A stretch of 64,000 nt of DNA from Mobula hypostoma (Eukaryota). Location of the stretch: positions 215,514,001 through 215,578,000 of the forward strand of contig NC_086097.1 of NCBI RefSeq assembly GCF_963921235.1, in the 5' to 3' direction. Below the pieces are notes generated by a model. It ran no database searches, had not been told where the DNA came from, and saw only the letters and a program-made list of their open reading frames with translations. Below are positions 13,396 through 26,296 of the stretch, in pieces. A program made the translations under genes and the position numbers. Each line of letters begins with the position of its first letter. The stretch's first letter is position 1.

Positions 13396-13826
13396 AACAA
13401 GAGAAATTCTGCAGGTACTGAAACTCCAAGCAACACACACAAACTGCAGGGCAGGCAGCATCTATGGAAAGGAATAAACAGTTGACATTTCGGGCTGAGG
13501 CCCTTCATCAGGACTGGAGAAAAATGATGAGAAGTCAGAGTAAGAAGGTGGAGGGACAGAAGGAAGAAATACAGGGTAGCAGGTGATAGATGAAACCAGG
13601 AGGGGAGAGAAGTGAAGTGAAGTGCTGGGAAGTTGACTGGTGAAAGAGATAAAGAGCTGAAGAAGGGGGAATCACATTTCACCCCTCTCCCCTACCACCT
13701 ATCCTCACCCCTATCACCTACCACCTTGTATTTCTTAACCCCCTCCTCCCACCATCCTACTCTGACTTCTCATCTTTTTTTCTCCAGCTGCGGAGCTGCC
13801 CCAGCATTTTGTGTGTATTGTATCTG
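13396..13826. mobile_element. Penelope-like element with internal inversion and 10-bp TSD
   Basis: TSD agcaatcaca at 13386-13395 and 13827-13836. The purine-rich arm to about 13672 is followed by its pyrimidine-rich inverse. Confidence 0.85.
13479..13516 (-). ncRNA. Minimal type I hammerhead ribozyme motif (near intact)
   Basis: Minus strand reads cagtc-CTGATGA-agggcctcagccc-GAAA-t-GTC-aactg. The core boxes and the GUC triplet are intact, with one stem I mismatch. Confidence 0.7.
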
Positions 13827-13873
13827 AGCAATCACATTGTCAAGTTCGCTGATGACATGGCAGTGGTGGGGCT

Positions 13874-14020
13874 TGTAGTATTTTTAATATTTCAGTAATA
13901 TTTGCGTACTATTGTAAGTATCTTGATTGATTAAGCATTCTTTGTTTGGTTTGGAAAAGAAAAGAAAAACTAAGTAGACTAGTGCTAACTACTGGTACAA
14001 AACTAAGTACCAGTAGAACA
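13874..14020 (+). repeat. 5' LTR of Gypsy element (internally rearranged)
   Basis: Shares tgtagt..ttt.atatttcagtaa and ggaaaagaaaaact(a/g)agtagactag-like blocks with the 3' LTR. Followed by a decayed PBS-like gtgacaatgagg. Confidence 0.75.
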
Positions 14021-15838
14021 GTGACAATGAGGTAGCTTAAAATGAACTCAAGACGACAATCTACCTGTTGAAGCTCAGCATGTTTTTCTTCGGAAGGGGA
14101 GTGAGATATTCATGTCTTTAAAAACAAGTGCAGCTAAGGGTTCATAAATAATGAGTACCAGGTGATAATAAATGAATAAATAAACAAACAAGCAAGCAGA
14201 AGTGGCAGGCTACATCGGAGAGATAGGTGTGTTCGATTGCACAACAAATAACTGAATGATGTATACAGAATAAATTGAGCAGTATTTTGAAGCAAGTGAA
14301 ATATCTGATGCAAAATAAGTGCCAGTGTTGCTGAGTGCAATGGGTGGAAAAGCATATAGTTCGCTTACAAGTTTAACTGCTCCAACCAAACCAGCCAAAA
14401 TAAGCTTTTTTGATATTGTGAACGTAATGCAGGAACATTTAGAACTGAAACCATTGCTGACTGCAGAACACTCAAGGTTTCATAAATAGAATCAAAAGGA
14501 AGGGGGATCTATTTCAGCTTACATGGCTGAATTGAGGAAATTGGCCAAGCATTGTTAGTTCTGTGATGGGCTTAATGATGCATGGCGATGTTGTTTAGTT
14601 TGTGGAATCTTACAAGGAAGCATTCAAAATTGGCTTCTAACTGAAGCACAACTCACAATTAAAAGAGCAGTTGTAATTACTGTGCAATGGAAACAGCAGC
14701 CAGAGATGTACTTGAGTTGCAGTCAGGAATGAAAATGTGTGTGAACAAAATTGCAACATCTAAGCAGAAACCTGCCTGATTGAACAAAATTGTATTACCA
14801 TTGTAGCAGGAGTTCACGTACAGCAGAACAATACAGGCTTAATGGCAAAACTTGCAGAAAAAACAACAAAGCCTGACATAAACAAACAGCATGCTGGGCA
14901 GACAAAATAAATGGATTGCACAGAGAAGAGAAAATGAATAAAAGTCAAGTTGCAGTTTCAAAAAGAGCTTTAACTTGCATGCTGTTGTTGAAAAATCTGC
15001 TAATAATGTAAGTGACACAATACTGAGTAGCCTTGAGATTTACAATATGAAAACGAACAAGAGACCAGCAATATGGCTTATTCTAGAAGTGAATAGCAAA
15101 TTAATTAAAATGGAATTGGACACTGGCTCAGCTGGTTCAGTCATTCCACAAAATGAGTTTGAACAGCATTCCAAAGATACTGAACCGAAGCCTGCAGATA
15201 TCCACCTGAGAACATACTGGAGGAAAGTTAACTCCTGTGGGAATGACATTTGTAACAGTGAAATGCAGCAGCCAACAAGTCACGTTGGGCTTATATGTAT
15301 AAAAACAAGAGGGCGAGGATTGTGGGCCTGTGATTGACTGAAACAACTACAGTTTGATTGAAGATTAATCCCAGATCCATGCCACATCCCCTGTAACTGA
15401 ATGCAAATTAATAAAGATACTAGATAATGCCACAGCAGTGTTCAGGGATGGCATTGGAAAACTCAAGCATATCAAGGGTAAAATATTGTTAATGAAAATT
15501 CCACACCCAAGTTTTATGAAGCCCATGATAAAGTAACCAAAAAAGTTAGATTGCAAGGAGGCTGAAGGAATTCCTTCCAAGGTTGAGTGGAGCCCATGGG
15601 CAATGCCAGTGATCCCAGTAGTCAAGAAAGACGGGTCTGTCAGGATCTGTGGTGACTTTAAGGGCACCATCAACGCAGTACTGAAAGTAGATCAACGTCC
15701 TCTGCCTAGGATAGAGGCTGTCTTTGCAAACCTTTCTGGAGGAAAATAGTTCAGCAAAGTGGACTTAGCTGTGGCCAACCTATAGATGGAGATGGAAGAA
15801 AAATCCAAAGTGTTTCTCACCATAAACACTTACAAATG

Positions 15839-16658
15839 GGTGGGGCTTAGGAGGATGATGGAGCCTAATGGCGATTCCTTTGCTTTCTTCGGAAACAGCT
15901 CTATTTCTATCTTTAATATCTCTGTTTTTTTCCTTTTCAGGGTTCTTTTGAAGACCCTGACGTGGAGTTACACGCTGACTTTGGTTCTTTGCGGAAATGG
16001 GACACACTCTCAGGATCTCACGACCAGCCATTCTTTGATATGCCAAGGATGCAGCCTGGAAGACTAGTGTGCCTTCAGGGTGCCGGTTTTTTGTGGCTTT
16101 CGAGGTGGGCAGACTCGAGTTCAGTGCTGCCGCCTGGTGCATTTTGGAGATGGCAGATCAAAAGCAGTGGGCTGGCTGTTGTCTGTGAGCCCAGAGACCC
16201 GAGTTCTTTGGGCACACGCAGAAGAAGTGACGCAACAGACTTTAAACACCATAAATCGGCGAGTTGTTTTGTTATGTCTCCTCTCTCGCTGTGAAATGTA
16301 GACACCTCTTTTTCCCTTATTAGGGAGAGAGAGCCTGTGATATGTCAAATTACTGAGTGAATGAATAGTCTTTGGGGTACTGCCTGTGTCTTTATTGAGG
16401 CTTTGCTGCATGCTTGTGTGCTTGGTGAGGGGTGCCAATGCTTTTTTGCTGGTGGGGGGGGGTGGTCATTCCTTTGCTGCTGCTTATGCATGGGAGGGGG
16501 GAGCCGGGGGGGGGTGGGGCTTTGGAGTTCTAACATTGAACAGTCATTCATTCTTTGGGGCACTCCTCTGTTTTCTGGATGTTTGCAAAGAAAAAGAATT
16601 TCAGGATGTATATTGTATACATTTCTCTAACATTAAATGCACCTATTGAAACCTATTG
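15839..16658 (+). mobile_element. Non-autonomous retroposon, family B (about 800 bp, (acctattgaa)n tail), inserted in the Gypsy RT
   Basis: Homologous to 51243-52038. Non-coding, with a tandem tail acctattgaa x2 and a candidate TSD aaatg at 15834-15838 and 16659-16663. Confidence 0.8.
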
Positions 16659-19402
16659 AAATGCTTTATTTTTATAATTGGCTTTCTGCCAGAGTGCAGA
16701 TGTGGATGCTACTCCAAAGATAAGCTTATGAATGCAATAAACCCCTTTGTAAGGCACTCAGTGTTACCTGGATGACATGATTGTTACCGGAGAGGATGAC
16801 AAGACAGTGTTAAAAAGGTCAGAAGGTTATAGGTTCAGAGCACGATCTGAAAAATATGACATTCAATCCAATCATCACTTACTGTGGTTACACCATTGAG
16901 ACACAAGATTTTACAGAAATGTGCTGAGAAAATTCAAACAGCGGTAGATGCCCCAAAGCAAAAGGATATGTCACAACTGCAGTCCTTTTTAGGATTTGTC
17001 AGTTAGTATAATGGGCTCCTTTCAAACCTGCCTATTGTGCTCTACTATAATTACTACAGATATAATTGATATAATTACTACAGATCAGGGAGAAATGGCA
17101 AAGGACAAAGCAGTGTGATGTGACTTTCTGAAAGGCAGAGGAAGTCAGACACTGTGCTCACACATTGCGATCCACATCATTCAGTGAAGCTTGCCTGCGA
17201 TGCCTCACCTTATGGTGTAGATACAGGTATGTCACCTGTTATGAGTGAAGGAAGCCATTCCCTTACCACTGCAGAGAAAAGTTATGTACAGGTTGACAGA
17301 GAGATCTTGAGTCTCATTTGGGGTGTAAAACATTTCAACCAGTAACTGTGTGGGAGAGAGTTTACCCTAATTACTGATCATCAACCACTTTCGATTGCAA
17401 TCTATATTTTCAATGTGTCCATTTTCAAAACCATAGAAGTGTGTTCCTCTAACAGTGGCAGCACACATGAAGAGATGGGCTCTGTTTCTTGGAGGGCACA
17501 AGTACAAAGATTGATTCAAGAGGACTACTAATCATAGAAATACCAATGGATTGTCCTGTTTACCATCGGAAAATGAATCAAATAAGACATATCATATCTG
17601 CACCATACCACCCAGCTACAAATGGCTTGGCGGAAAGGTTTGTCCAGAGTTTAAAGAACACACTACACTGATTCAGAAACTCGCAAATTTCCTCCTTGCG
17701 TTTCACAACCCAGCACACTCTACAACCAACAACTTACCAGCTATACTGTTCCTGTGTTGTCCCTTGAGCTCACGTCTGGATCTCCTCAAACACAATCTCA
17801 GAAGGAGTTTGCAGGACAAACAGCTGAGATAAATTAAGTGCTTTTAAACAAAGAGGTACAATGTTTTACTCCTGGACAGGCAGTCCTCGCAAGGGACTAT
17901 AGAGATGATCAAAGCTGGGAAAGATTAAGGACAGAACTGGCCCACTCTCTTAAACAGTGGCGATTATGTCTGACATCATCTTGAGATGCCACATTGATCA
18001 GTCGTGGAAAGCAGAGTCAATTCTTAGAGAAGAAAGGTGTCCAGAGCTGTCAGAACCACTTCCTGCAGTCCCAGAGACAACTCTTATAACCTCTACAGAA
18101 GAGGCCCCAAAATCTGAGTCTCACCTGCCAAGCAGAGTGACCCCTTGTCAGGAATGATGTTACCCCACAAGAGTCAGAAATCCTCCACAGTGATTAAAAC
18201 TTTAGGCCTGAATGGGACAATTTATGATGCTGTGAATGTCTGTATCAGCCTTTCTCAAACTTCTTGCCCTGGAGGAACCCTTGAAATAATTTTCAGGTCT
18301 CAGGGAACCCCTGTATGAAAATTATTATATCTAGAGCTTATGGTCCGTCAGTGTGATCAGTAAGTTGGAGATATAATAGTTCAAAAATAATTGTCAATGC
18401 TCTTTTGAGTAGAGAATGAATTTTTAGCCAAACTTTCTTGGGAAAAAAACAGTTAAGCTTAGCATACCTTTGTTGAAATTACTCATTCTTTCTCTTTCAT
18501 AAATGATAAAAATTCATAAGGCAAACATAATAAATTTCTCAATTCTGGGTGGAACTTGAGAATCATGGATTTCACCTTCAACTGAAATGAAACAGTTTCT
18601 ATCCTTGCTCTTGATGCTTGTTAAACAAGAAAAAGCTTGCTCACACATGTAAGAAGTTGAAAACTGCAGCAAACTGTTCATTGCTTTCCTATGAATGGCA
18701 GGATAATCTTCTTTCACAGAGATCCAGATCCTGTCCAGGATCTTGAGTATTGAGCGTATGATCAGAGTGCAGCTCACAAAGTTCTTCCTCTTCTCTCGAA
18801 GTCAAGTTTTCAGGCTGAGCAGAATATTCAGGGGAAGGGTCCCTCACCCAGTCACACACTTGTGTTGAAAGAGAGGAAAAATACTGTTTTGTTCTGCAGT
18901 TCTTCCAGATGGATTTCAATAAGACTCAAGACTTTCTGATATTCTTCCTCACTCTCAAGCCCAAGCAGCAGTGGAAACATTTCAAGATTTCCTTTTGCAG
19001 CATGACTTTTCCAAATATTGTTTCCTTTTAAATCCAAGAATCTTGTCACTTGAAGACAAAACATTTTCTCCAGGGCCTTGCAAGGAATTGTTCGACTGGT
19101 TCATATAATAAAAAATGTTTGCTAAACAGGCTAGTGTCTGCAGCCATTCCTCATCTTCAAAGCACTTAGCCAAATCTGGCCAACTATTTTCTTGAAGGTA
19201 CTCCTGCAATTCACCTTTCAGCTCAAACACCCTGTTGAGAACTTTTCCTCTGCTAAGCCACTGGATTTCTGTATGTAGCAGGAGACTGGTGTGCTCTTTG
19301 TCCAGGTTTTCACACAATTTTTTAACCATTCTCAAGTGAACTGGTCTTAAAGCTACTAAATAACTTGCTTCCTGAACCATTTTACTGACTGTGACTTTAA
19401 TC

Positions 19403-20070
19403 ACAGGGAGGCGGGAGGAGAAGATGGCGGCGCGACACAGCGTGCACGGCTGTTCCGAATGACATCATATGTGTTAACTAGGGGCCATGCACAATCCTGA
19501 TTTGATGGAGACAGCTGTGAGAAGCGTGGAGGAACACCTGGAGAAACTTCCGAAATGCCCGCTTTGCTGCCGCTGCTACTGTGTGATCGAGAATCTCCGG
19601 AGGGGAAGGCCCCAAATCCTCGGCTTTGCCTGTTGCCTGTTGCCTGTTGCCTGTTGCCAGGGCTGGGGTTGAAGCGCTTGGCAGAGATGGTGCTCGGTGC
19701 TTGGTGTCGGGGAGCTGGTTGGAGGCTCGGCGTTTTCGGACGGACTCGGAGTCGGACTGTGGTCGGATGCTTCCAGGATGCTGCGTCGGCAAGTTTGAGG
19801 CGCTGGAGGTCCACCGTCTGCGTGACATGATGGGACTTTCGAGAGACTTTGAGACTTTTTACTGTGCCATGGTCTATTCTTTACCAAATTACAATATTGC
19901 TTTGTACTGTTGTAACTATATGTTATAATTATGTGTTTTTTGTCAGTTTTTCAGTTGGTTTGTCATGTGTTTCTGTGATATCATTCTGAAGAAACATTGT
20001 ATCATTTCTTAATGCATGCATTACTAAATGACAATAAAAGAGGACTGCGTGTCCTCATAATCTAATCTAA
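19403..20070 (+). mobile_element. Non-autonomous retroposon, family A (about 670 bp, (taatc)n tail), inserted in the hAT transposase
   Basis: 5' AAGATGGCGG motif, CpG-rich body, 3' hairpin GAGGAC-tgcgt-GTCCTC at 20040-20056. TSD taatc at 19398-19402 and 20071-20075; removing the insert restores the transposase frame (QNKQIKVTV). Second copy at 48452. Confidence 0.88.
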
Positions 20071-20285
20071 TAATCTGTTTGTTTTGAGATTCCAATAGCT
20101 ATTTAAAATAATCAGCACTTTTACGTGTCATATGGCTGTGATTTGTAGTTAAGCGTCTTTTCAATTTTGCTGGAGCCATTCCTATATTTGCAAGTTGTTT
20201 GCCACAGACTAGGCACAATGGAATAGGACAACTTGGATCACCAGTCCATGTAAAACCCAGTGATAAGTTGCTTTCATTGTAAAGA

Positions 20286-20950
20286 TATGGTACCAGCTCA
20301 TTACTTTAGTCCCGCCCACTGCTTTTGTCTCGAGGACCCAGAAGAGGCTGCTGGACTTCATCTGGGGCAACAGGAGGCACTGGGTCTCTGCTGCAGTGCA
20401 GAGAGCGGTCAGTCATTGGTGTGTGTGACTGCTGGCGGCTCTCCGCCCCAGGACCCTGCAGAGATACCTGTATAGTGACCACCATCCGCAATGCCATGTG
20501 CTGGCAATGCACTTTCTCCACCGGGGACATTGCCTGTAGGAGGGCACACAGCTTCCAGCATCAGCCACACTGCTTTGAGGGAACGGCCTCGCTTTTACCG
20601 AGAACTGTTGAGGGTATGAGGTCTAGTCACTTCCAGATAGGGTGCTCCTGTGCCAGTGGGGGACTGATGTCCATCCTATCAAGGGAGCTTGGGAAAGTGG
20701 AGATGTTCCAGCTGCACCACCACCTGGTGGGCTGGAAGTGCTTGTCAGACCCAGGTCTTGGGATACCACGTGGAAGAGAGTCCTGCATAACGTGAGCCAT
20801 CTCACAGTGATACCCAACAAGTCCTTCCATGAAGCTCCAAGTGTTTCTTATACGGGCTGCTCTTGCACAACATTCACTTCCTTGCCTTTGTCTGCCAACC
20901 AGGCTTGCGTTGGTGGTCTGTTTTACCATTTGGCAGGGGAGGAGGTCCCT
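20286..20950 (+). pseudogene. Tx1-clade (L1 group) ORF2 fragment, post-RT region, lying inside the hAT element
   Basis: Plus-strand translation gives IWYQLITLVPPTAFVSRTQKRLLDFIWGNRRHWVSAAV, RTLQRYLY, PRFYRELLRV and FLYGLLLHNIHFLAFV, recognisable as Tx1 ORF2. Contains stops and frameshifts. Confidence 0.8.
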
Positions 20951-21100
20951 AGGTCCACGGAACCCTGGTCTATAGCGTAGGTGTATTATATCACATGCTC
21001 TGTATGTTTATATATAAGATGAATGGAGAACAATATATTACGTATTTGAATTGAGATGTGTTCTATATAGAGTTGGAGTTTATAGCTAGGCAGGGAGAAG

Positions 21101-21301
21101 TGTAGTGTATTTGATATTTCAGTAACATTTTAGCAATTCATTATGGGTAATATGTAAGAAGTATGTGAATGGCATATGTCATTACACCACCACATCACGT
21201 GAGCGCCTCACTGAAGAAAAGGAAAAGAAAAACTGAGTAGACTAGAATCCTGGCCCCTGTGTTTTACTTTTAATTAGTTTCTACAGTTAGAAAACATAGC
21301 A
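21101..21301 (+). repeat. 3' LTR of Gypsy element
   Basis: Starts TGTAGT directly after the polypurine tract and ends CA directly before the TSD gggct. Confidence 0.88.
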
Positions 21302-23739
21302 GGGCTCATCACCAACAATGATGAGATGGCCAACAGAGAGGAGGTGGAAGAATCTGAAGTCTGGTGGTAGACAAGTACCCTCTTCTTTAATACCAACAAG
21401 GCAAAGAAGATGGTTATCATCTTCAGGAGAACTTGCAACTCTCACACCCCTCTTTACGCAGGTGGTACCTCCGTGGAAACTGCAAGCAGTTTCAAACTCC
21501 TGGGAGTGCCCATCACACACAACTTCTCATGGTCCCTCTTCACATCCTTTGCAGACAAAAAAAATCTCAACAACACCACCTCTTTTTTGTCAGGAGGCTG
21601 AAGAGAGCTGGAATTTACACATCCATACTTACATCATTCTACAGTTGCACAGTAGAGAGCATACTGACAAATTGCTTCACTGCTTGGGATGGAAGCTGCA
21701 CTGAGGTGGACAGGAAGGCTCTATGATAGATAGTCAAAATTGCCCAACACATCACTGGCACCAGCCTCCACCATCAAGGGCATATAAAGTGCCTGATGAA
21801 GGCCACTCCCTTCATGGAGGAGGCTATGTAGCATCCTTGCCAGGATCACCAGACTCAAAAACAGTCACGTTCCCCAAGCAGCAAGACTGATCAACACTTC
21901 CAGCCACTACTTTATTATTTCCTGCCAGTCACCTTACGTATAGCCTAGTTCCATTTTATGGAAGTACAATTAATCTCTGTATGTAAATTATCTTATGCAT
22001 TTATATTTATTGTGTGTTTTTATTCTTATTGTTTTCTTTATCTTTTATTGTGCTGCATCAGATTTAGAGTAACAGCTATTTCATTTTCCTTACACTAGCA
22101 CACAGGAAGTGACATTAAACGATCCTGGATCTTGAATATACTTAATGGCTTAATATCTGAGGTAGAGAAGTTCAATGACTGAACAATCCACTGAAAAACA
22201 AAATTGCTCCTCATCCCAGTATTAAATAGGTGACTCTGTACTATGAGATTTTATCCACCAATTCTAGATTCAATCTCCAATACAATGTTTATGTGTTCAA
22301 GTTACAATGATTTATTTCCTTAGGGAAATACTGTAGTTCCTGATTCTTTACTGTACTTCAGTACATCAGAACACACACAATCTTAAGTTTTATCCATATT
22401 ATATCCCCACTCCATACCAATGCTATATAGTTGAAGGTGATGTATGCAAACATTTAGGTACAGATTATATCATCAGCAAGAGGAATTTATATATATCTAT
22501 CATAAATCAGTTTACATTGGTAGGCTATCTTTAAGCAGATACACAGTAAAGAAAGTCCTGATTTAGTGGTTAAAACAAAATTACAGGGATTATTGATTTT
22601 TAATCACTTTCTGAGTTTTAATGTCTCTTTTTTGACAGCACCTACAATCTTACTAAAATTATTTCAAAAGTGTATTAGCGTCAATGATTTACGATTTAAT
22701 AATTCCATTTAGCTAACTCTTTTCCATGCTTATATTTCAAGATTTGGTCATACTGGTTCTTGTTTACAGTCTACGTTTTTAAGAACATAAAGCCAATGAT
22801 TTTACTGCCAAGCAACATTTCTCTGACATTTAGTGAGAGGATCCACAAAAACTAATACTCCAGTCTTGAAAACTCCTGCATGAAGAGTGACAGAGGGAAT
22901 AAGGATGCTTCATTTTGACCAATTTCACAGACATTTCTTTTTGGGGTTAAATATTATGTTAAGCTGACAACTAAATTAATATGCCCATCCAAACAAAATC
23001 AGGATCACAGCTTATAAAAAACACACTAACGGAAGAATCCTCACTCACTCTGCGCACCTCACTCATTCTACAGTATAAATGATCATAATGATTACAGGAA
23101 TTTGCCACAGTTTGCTCTGTAAACAATGCTACTGGCAAAATTACAGTATGTGGAAGAAGGGAAATGCACACCGGGTAAAAAAGAATTTGCATCTGTAATA
23201 TCAAGATAAAATGATTTAACTGTATGAGTTGGAAACATTCAACATCACAGCCTGCTGAGACTGCTGTAATGCTGCTGCTAATACAGAGTTAAGGATACTA
23301 CAAAAAAATCTAAATAGGTCAAACCACATCTAGGTCCGTTATCCTTTCCACAATAAGGCCATGCTGTTTGTCCCATTGACTTACATCATCTTAATCACAC
23401 TATTTTGTTATCCTTTATACAATTTCTATCTATTAACATCAGTGATTCTTCTGATTTGTTAAACATGTTAATGAATCTTGTCCTACCAGCCCAGTTATTT
23501 CTTATTCTCATGACTGTATTGTTCCTTCATGTCAACTTCTATCGTCACCCTCCACCATCTGGTGAAACTTTTTCAGGTTTCCTACAGAATTTGCTGAACA
23601 CTTTATGAGTTTGTATTTTTTAAAAAACTGCAGATCTCAAAACTTGAAAGAGAAACAGAGAGTGTTGGAATGGCTCAGCAGGTTGAACAGTATCAGTAGA
23701 GAAAGAAACAGAGCTTCTGAAATATTTTTCATCATCAGC

Positions 23740-26296
23740 AAGGAGGGTTTCTGCTATTGAGAACATGGCAAGACCGCAATGTAAAAAGGATGTTCAGAGG
23801 TTTATGGGAATGGTTAACGATATGGGAAAATTTATACCCAATCTCTCGGAACAGCTTGCTCCACTGAGGCAGCTAACAGTAAAGAAAAACGAATGGAGCT
23901 GGATTCATGAACAGGAGAAGGTATAGCAAAATCTCAAGAAAGTGCTCACTAAAGAACCTGTGTGGAAATTTTATGATGCTGAGAGACCCACCAAAATCTC
24001 ATGTGATGCATCTCAAGCAGGCTTAGGGGCAGTATTACTCCAAAAACATGATCAGGAATGGCTACCAGTGACATCTGCACCTCGTTCATTATCTGATCCA
24101 GAAACAAGGTATGCCCAAATTGAAAAAGAATTGCTCAGCACTATGTTTGCTTGTGAGAGATTTCATCAGTTTGTGTCAGGGCAATCTATTGATGTTGAAA
24201 CCGATCATAAGCCATTGATTGCATTGCTTAACAAACCTTTAAGCGACTGTCCTTTGCAATTTCAGTGAATGATGATCAAATTGCAAAGATATGCATTGAA
24301 TGTGTCATACACACCTGGAAAATTCATGTGCACGACTGACACACTTTCCAGAGCTGTGGATCCAACAACAAAAGACAGTCACAGGAACGTTATTGATGTT
24401 CAGGTATTCATGGTCATAGAAACCGTACCTGTTGCTCCCAAAAAGTTGGAACTCCTGCGTCTTGAGACAGAGGAGGACAAAATTCTCAATCAGGTCATAC
24501 AACTGGTGTTGGATGGATGGCCAGATAATAGGCATGACTGTACCTCAGTAGTACAAGATTATTGAAACCACAGATCAAAACTGTCTGTTGTGGATGGGAT
24601 ATTGTACAAAGGTAGTAGAATTGTTATACCTAAAAGTCTCTTTAAAGAAATGCTTGATAAAATTCATGAAGGCCACCTTGGCATTGAAAAATGTAAGAGA
24701 AGGGCACGGGAGGTGATGTTTTGGCCCAGGATAAATCAAGAGATTGTGGAATTGGTGTCATGTTGTGGGGATGGAACTAGACTCTCTGACAGTGGTGTCT
24801 GAAAAGAGGATGCTGTCTAACTTGCATGCCATCTTGGACAATGTCTCCCATCCACTACATAATGTACTGGTTGGGCACAGGAGTACATTCAGCCAGAGAC
24901 TCATTCCACCGAGATGCAGCACAGAGCATCATAGGAAGTCATTCCTGCCTGTGGCCATCAAACTTTACAACTCCTCCCTTGGAGGGTCAGACACCCTGAG
25001 CCAATAGGCTGGTCCTGGACTTACTTCCTGTCATAATTTACATATTACTATTTAATTATTTATGGTTTTATTACTATTTAATTATTTATGGTGCAACTGT
25101 AATGAAAACCAATTTCCCCCGGGATCAATAAAGTATGACTATGACTAAATACCAACCTAACAACCTTAAGGAGCCACTGCATCCACATTCGAATCCTCAT
25201 AGACCTTATCAGAAGGTAGGCATTCATCTTTTTATAACTAACAACAAAGACTATCTATTAATAACAGATTACTACTCATTGTATCCTGAAGTGTGTTGTC
25301 TGGGCAGAACGACTGCAAAAAATGTAATTACATACATGAAATCAGTTTTTTCAAGACATGGTGTACCTGATGAAGTTTTTACAGACAATGGTCCACAATT
25401 CAGTAGTGAATGCAGGAAACAGTTTGCTCGTGGATGGGGCTTTGTTCATACGACATCTCATCCATTTTTCCCTCAGTCTAATGGATTAGTTGAGAAATCG
25501 GTAGAAATTGTCAAGAAACTGATGCACAAAGCAAAAGATAATGGAAGTGATTTTTAAAAAGTCTTGTTAGCCTACCGCAGTACTCCACTTGAATGTGGAT
25601 TTTCGCCTGCTCAGCTCTTGATGGGACGATGTTTGAGATCTAACCTGCCAATGGATGAGAGCCTTCTGAGAACAGAGGGAGGTGAACAAGTAAAAAGATG
25701 GAAAAATGAACACAAAGCAAAGCAGAAAATATACTTTGATAGACGTTCTCATCCATTACCTGAACTGCTTCAGGGAGTTGAAGTGAGGATACAAGACAAA
25801 ATGAACACATGGACACAGAAAGCTGCAGTATTTGAAGTAGTGCAACCCAGATCATACACGGTCCAAACAGAGGAGGGAGCAGGGGTAAGAAGAAATCACA
25901 AAGACCTCAAGAAAGAGCCTACTTCAGAGATTCAGTTAACGGATGCAGACAAGACAAAATGTGTAAATAATAAGGAAACACAAGATCTGCGTGTACCACT
26001 TAGGAGGTCTACTCATGTTCGTAAACCCACAGAGAGACTGATAGAGTATTTATTTGCTTTGATTAACGTTGTTAATTGTTTTTCTTTTTAAGGAAAGGAA
26101 GATGTGGTGATATCACGTGCAATGATGTGCCAGTACATGATTGGATGGAGCACTGAGCATGTGCGGGATTGCCATGCATGTGGCTGGGTTAAGATGTGTT
26201 TGTTTATTACTGTAAATAGAAGTTCTCTAATTCTTCCAGAATATGATTCTTTATTGTTAACCCACGGTACGTTTAAACAGAAGTAACAAAACAACA
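23740..26296 (+). mobile_element. Second Ty3/Gypsy element, 5'-truncated (RT end, RNase H, integrase, 3' LTR at 26103-26296)
   Basis: CDASQAGLGAVLLQ, TDHKPL, HEGHLGIEKCKRRAREVMFWP, TDNGPQFSS and PQSNGLVEKSV. Polypurine tract aaggaaaggaaga is followed by a TG...CA LTR. Several in-frame stops. Confidence 0.92.
24760..25147 (+). mobile_element. Rex1/Babar LINE 3' end inserted in the Gypsy integrase
   Basis: ILDNVSHPLH...RKSFLPVAIKLYN C-terminus, then aataaa and an (atgact)n tail. It splits the integrase zinc-finger region. Confidence 0.85.

Larger units (their letters stand above)
18246..20967 (-). mobile_element. Buster/Charlie-type hAT DNA transposon, internally deleted, nested in the Gypsy 3' region
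   Basis: Left TIR cagcctttctcaaact with ggaaccc subterminal motifs; the right end ggaaccctg has a truncated TIR. Degenerate 8-bp TSD gtctgtat (18238-18245) / gtctatag (20968-20975). Minus-strand peptides: BED finger PIPLCLVCGKQL, LLLHTEIQWLSRGKVLNRVFEL, and dimerisation domain LLQFSTSYMCEQAFS. Confidence 0.9.
13874..21301 (+). mobile_element. Ty3/Gypsy LTR retrotransposon, full span, degenerate gag-pol
   Basis: 5-bp TSD gggct at 13869-13873 and 21302-21306, TG...CA termini, and a polypurine tract aggcagggagaag before the 3' LTR. Gag-like VPVLLSAMGGKAY, protease MELDTGS, RT-like KKDGSVRICGDFK, RNase H LACDASPYGV and integrase SAPYHPATNGLAERFVQSLK. Many stops and frameshifts. Confidence 0.92.
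12565..22135 (+). mobile_element. Rex1/Babar-type LINE (degenerate RT), interrupted by a PLE and a Gypsy element
   Basis: LNNLYAHFEA at the start. The RT core KFADDMAVVG (about 13840-13873) resumes after the Gypsy as LITNNDE at about 21305. C-terminal FYSCTVESILT at about 21640, with an AT-rich 3' UTR and (tcttga)-type tail near 22130. Confidence 0.85.

Noticed and set aside
19627..19658. (gcctgtt)n 7-mer repeat as a distinct element
   Set aside because: It is a local slippage expansion inside family A; the second copy at about 48667 has a single unit.
18514..20285. Domesticated ZBED/SCAND3/Buster host gene
   Set aside because: It is frameshifted, internally deleted, interrupted by a retroposon and still bounded by a TIR and TSD.
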